Source: Lepidodermella squamata
Lineage: Eukaryota; Animalia; Gastrotricha
NCBI GenBank assembly: GCA_047495785.1
Contig: JBLDXI010000013.1
Coordinates: 806,001-870,000, forward strand
Length of the DNA: 64,000 bases
Direction: 5' to 3'
The position numbers and the translations under genes were made by a program. This document shows positions 60,261-64,000 of the stretch, in pieces (positions within the stretch are counted from its first letter, which is position 1; the number at the start of each line of letters is the position of its first letter). Under the pieces are notes generated by a model. That model searched no databases and had not been told where the DNA came from. It saw only the letters and a list, made by a program, of their open reading frames with translations.

Positions 60261-63200
60261 TCAATGAACGCCGTAAAATTTGCTGTCGCCGTGGCTGTGG
60301 CTCTCCATCGACTCCGTGCCAGCGCTCATGTCGATGAACTTCACAGCCGGAGACGCACTGACACGCTGAATCGCCTGCAAAATCTCTCCGGTTTCGTTGG
60401 CAACCGCACTTGACCTGTAGCTCTGTTCGTTGTCTGTCGGTTGATGGGTTGATGGGTTGCGGGCGACGACGTTCGGCTCACCCTGCAGGCGGCTGCCAAT
60501 CGACGACATGCGACGCGATCGGCTGATGACGCTGTTGCGTGACAACTCGCGAAGAAGCACGCGATTCAAAAATTGAATGTTGACCTCTTTCGGCCGGTCG
60601 TCGTCCAATATCGGAATTGATGAGACAATACCGCCAGACGAGCGGCGTTCGTCGTCAGCCGTTATCGGGTCTAGGTTCTTCTCGCCATCGTAGTCGACAT
60701 TGCCCGCAACAGTGAGTGGGACATCGACATACGTTGGTTGAACAGATAGTCGGCGAATGAGGCGTTGTCTAGCTTTTTCTTCCATTTCCTTTTCATGCGC
60801 CATTTTCGCGGCCATTAAATCGGCCGTCGACGTCAGGTTAACTCCAGCTGGGCCGTCCTCAGGTATCGCATCCATTGCGGTTGCTTCCAGGTCGCTGATC
60901 ACCATAGCCTTGTTGTACTCACCTACAGCTTGGTCTATGGACGAAACAAATCTGAACTGTTCCAAGCCGAGCTTTTCCAGCTGCTTGTGAACATTTTCGT
61001 TCAAATTAGCGAAAACGACGTGAAGACCGCGTTTAACAGCCGTGAGTAACAGGCTTCGAAAAGCTTGAATACCCGTGTAGTCGACAGATTGAACGAAAGT
61101 GCAGTCGATAATCAAGTGTGACTCTCGCGCTAAAATTGCTTCGACTTTGCACAGAAATTTCTCGACACTTGGGTATTTCATGCCGTGCGACATGCGAATA
61201 ACGACAATCGAATTTGTCGGGGTCGTGTCGCCGAAAGTAAATTTCGATTCGGGGTATTTTCTCGTCACTTGAAGATCCATGCCAACGGTCGCTTTCAAGA
61301 ACATGATCATGTTGATGAACAGACAGAAGAGGACCTAAAGGCATTGGACAAATTAATGACAAAAGAAACGAGTACAGTTTTAATCGAATTTGTCATTTCA
61401 ATTTTCCTCAATTTTTCAGTAAAAACCAATTTTTTTCGAAAGAAATTTGAGATATTTTCGTAGTAAAATCGCATTTCTACTTACACCGTAACTGATTTCG
61501 AAAAATACGCATATGAGAATGGTCAGGACAAGAAGGACGCAATCAGCCCGACAATGCTTCCAAACATCAGGAATCTTGAAAAATAATGAAAAATTATTGA
61601 AATTTCGTGGTATAACAAAAGGCGTTAACTCACAATATGAAAATCGACGAGGTTCAACGCGGCCACCATGACGACCGCTGGAAAATACGATAATTCGAAT
61701 ATTGATTAATTTATTATTGATAAATCTACCGCCGAGAGTTGCCTTTGGAATAAAATAGAAGACACTCGTCAACGTGTTAAGGCAGATGATGACGATGATT
61801 GCGCTGATGACGGATCCAATTTGGGTGCGTACTCGGCATTGATCATTCAAGGCCGCTCGGGTGACAGCAGCGGTGATCGGCATGCCGTGCAGAAAACCAG
61901 TGACTAGGTTAGCCAGGCCGATCGCCAACAATTCTTGCCTAGCATCAACACGGTAGCCGTTTTTGCTGCCGAGAGCTTTCAAGATGGCGAAAAGTTCCAT
62001 GACGATCATGAGGGGCAGAATGATGAAGCCGATGGTAAGATCGCTCATCAACTGCTTCTCAGGCTTAACCAATATATCATTCACGATCGTATCGTTGCCA
62101 ACAGTCGTTATGTTTCGCTTAATCAGCGCGAAAGGTGGTATGTCGAAATTCATCATGCCAGGTTTGATATAGCCGACCAAGCTCGCGCCAATGTTGCCGT
62201 CATTTGCCTTATAAAGGCCATAAGCGATACCGGTTGACAAAATGAAAAGAAAAACGTTTTTGCCTGTGAAATGAATGCTTGAAAAATTGCCGATAGGATG
62301 AAGATGGCCAACTTACAAGCACACATGAATCGCATGATATTGATGACCTTGGCAAACTTGGCCTTCTTCTCCTCGGTTTCGAGCTTTATGCATTTGTGGC
62401 CGATAAGTTCTGCTATTCTTGGTAAATTCTGCATTAGCATCAGAAAGCCAATCGATGCGAAACCAAAGGCAATGTCACTTTTGCTATAAGGGATGAAAAT
62501 TTGTCATTTGATGATCTTTAACCTGAAAAATCGCTTACTTCACTTTTGGCCCATAATCTACAACATTTTTTATGTGTTTGACAAAAACACCTGGAATGGA
62601 GGCCGGGTTCTTTTTCAATCCGAAGATGCTCTAAAAAAACTTTATTACTATTTAGGCCGAATAAATTGAAGCAGACAAACCTTCAATTGACTGGCTGTAT
62701 AGCAAATATTAAAAAAAAACCTTTAATTTTGGTAAAAAAAAATGTGTAAATCACTTGCCTGTGATTGTGATACCAGCGGCTGTCATGAAACCTGAAACAA
62801 CAGGAATCGAGAAGAGATTGACGATGAACCCGAGTTTGAAAATAGCCATTAGCAACAAAGCAACGCCTGTGATCAGTGCCAAGATAGTCGCACATGTTGG
62901 ATCGCCGTCATCGTCGTCGTAATTAGGGTTAGCCCCTGACGCTATTTGACCCGTAATCATGCAAATGACAGCATCGGGACCAATAGATGCGTCTTTGGAT
63001 GTTCCCATTAGAATGTAGATAAACTGGCCGATGATTGACGAGTGAAGACCGACTTCGGGGCGGAGGTTGGCAAGGGAGCCATACGCCAAACACTGCGGCA
63101 CCATGGTGATGCCGACAGTCAGACCGGCTACGATGTCATAATAGAAGTCCTCGCGGGTGTATTTCGGCAGCCAAACTAAAATCGGAAACAGGCGCCGTAA

Positions 63201-63281
63201 TTCGACGAGAACTTTTTCGCGTGTGAACGAATTTTTGATATCAGTCTTGGCCTGATCGAATCGCTCGTACAAGCGATGCAT
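60261..63281 (-). CDS. SLC26/SulP anion transporter (SLC26A11-like), tandem copy B
   Basis: Eight exons, including a 14-nt exon (62681-62694) after a GC-AG intron. It has the same motif set as copy A (DIVAGLTVGITMVPQCLAY, GTSKDASIGP, QELLAIGLANL, LIIDCTFVQSVDYTG). Confidence 0.92.
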
Positions 63282-64000
63282 TCACCGAGCTGAAATACTG
63301 AGGAATAGCTTGCCAAGAATCAGTTAAAAATATCTAAAAAATGCCGGATCAAACAAAATAATCAATGAACCATATAGATAACGTCATAACATCTTCCTTA
63401 TTGTTCTCAGCATTTCAGCGTGACCAATACCTGAGCACTGATAAATAGATTACCTCTACTATAAATGCAACGGTTGATGAGTCATCATTGATGATGCTCA
63501 TCTCGCCAAAATCAGAAAATGTCGAACTCTTGATCATCCGCCAAAAACCATGGAAACTATCTGGAACTGATGTGATATACGTGTTCCGCGGTAATGACCA
63601 GTTTATCTGCAGTGTCAGGTGATTGGCGTGACCAGATAATTTCCCCAGGTGCATTCTACCCACCAACTATGTCAATTTAGTGGCGCGACTGTTGCGGGCC
63701 GCCTCTCGCGCATTCGAGGAGCTCGCAAAAATGCTAATTTTTTGTCGCTCGCCGTTTTCCCGGTATCCATTTATAAACCACCATCAGTACTGTAATGCTT
63801 CATATGAGTGTGAAACTATATATTATGGCCTGATAAACCAAGTCATGTAACCTTATTTAATTTTGCTGCACACCTTGATGTAAAACCACGGTAAAATTAT
63901 ACGTGCCTGCATTTTACTTGAGATATTTTTAGGTGACCTTCTTGATCGATTGAACACGATTGGAGCACACAGCTACGCTATAAACTTGGCAGCTGAATTC

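Noticed and set aside
63415-63666. Minus-strand ORF upstream of SLC26 copy B as an extra coding exon
   Set aside because: An in-frame TGA immediately precedes the ATG at 63281, so it cannot extend the protein. At most it is a UTR/uORF exon.

Overview
Eukaryotic (metazoan) genomic DNA from a compact genome with very short introns (mostly ~40-70 nt). The myosin essential light chain with the DFWDGRD loop points to a spiralian/lophotrochozoan invertebrate (inference). I reconstructed spliced models for 15 protein genes by hand: ABCB1-type transporter (partial, runs off the left edge), SEPT7-like septin, a small secreted Met/Cys-rich peptide, TPPP/p25, an nAChR-like Cys-loop subunit, TBC1D32/BROMI, an aminergic-type GPCR, myosin ELC, a single-zinc-finger protein, a PPxY/poly-His protein, a MARVEL protein with a Q/N/Y-rich N-terminus, a RING-less TRIM-NHL protein, a Ly6/three-finger protein, and two tandem SLC26 transporters. 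Mobile DNA comprises three different MITEs and a decayed 5'-truncated LINE in the last TBC1D32 intron. No tRNA, rRNA or CRISPR features were seen. The most notable observations are: (1) a GPCR that keeps a complete amine-binding pocket but has lost its main activation microswitches; (2) a Met-rich, 8-Cys, probably amidated secreted peptide that the ORF track misses; (3) an nAChR-like subunit with a PQR (anion-type) filter and no aromatic box; (4) a Ly6 protein with an 82-aa loop III; (5) microexons, a GC-AG intron and heavy intron turnover between the SLC26 paralogues. All gene models are manual predictions without transcript support.
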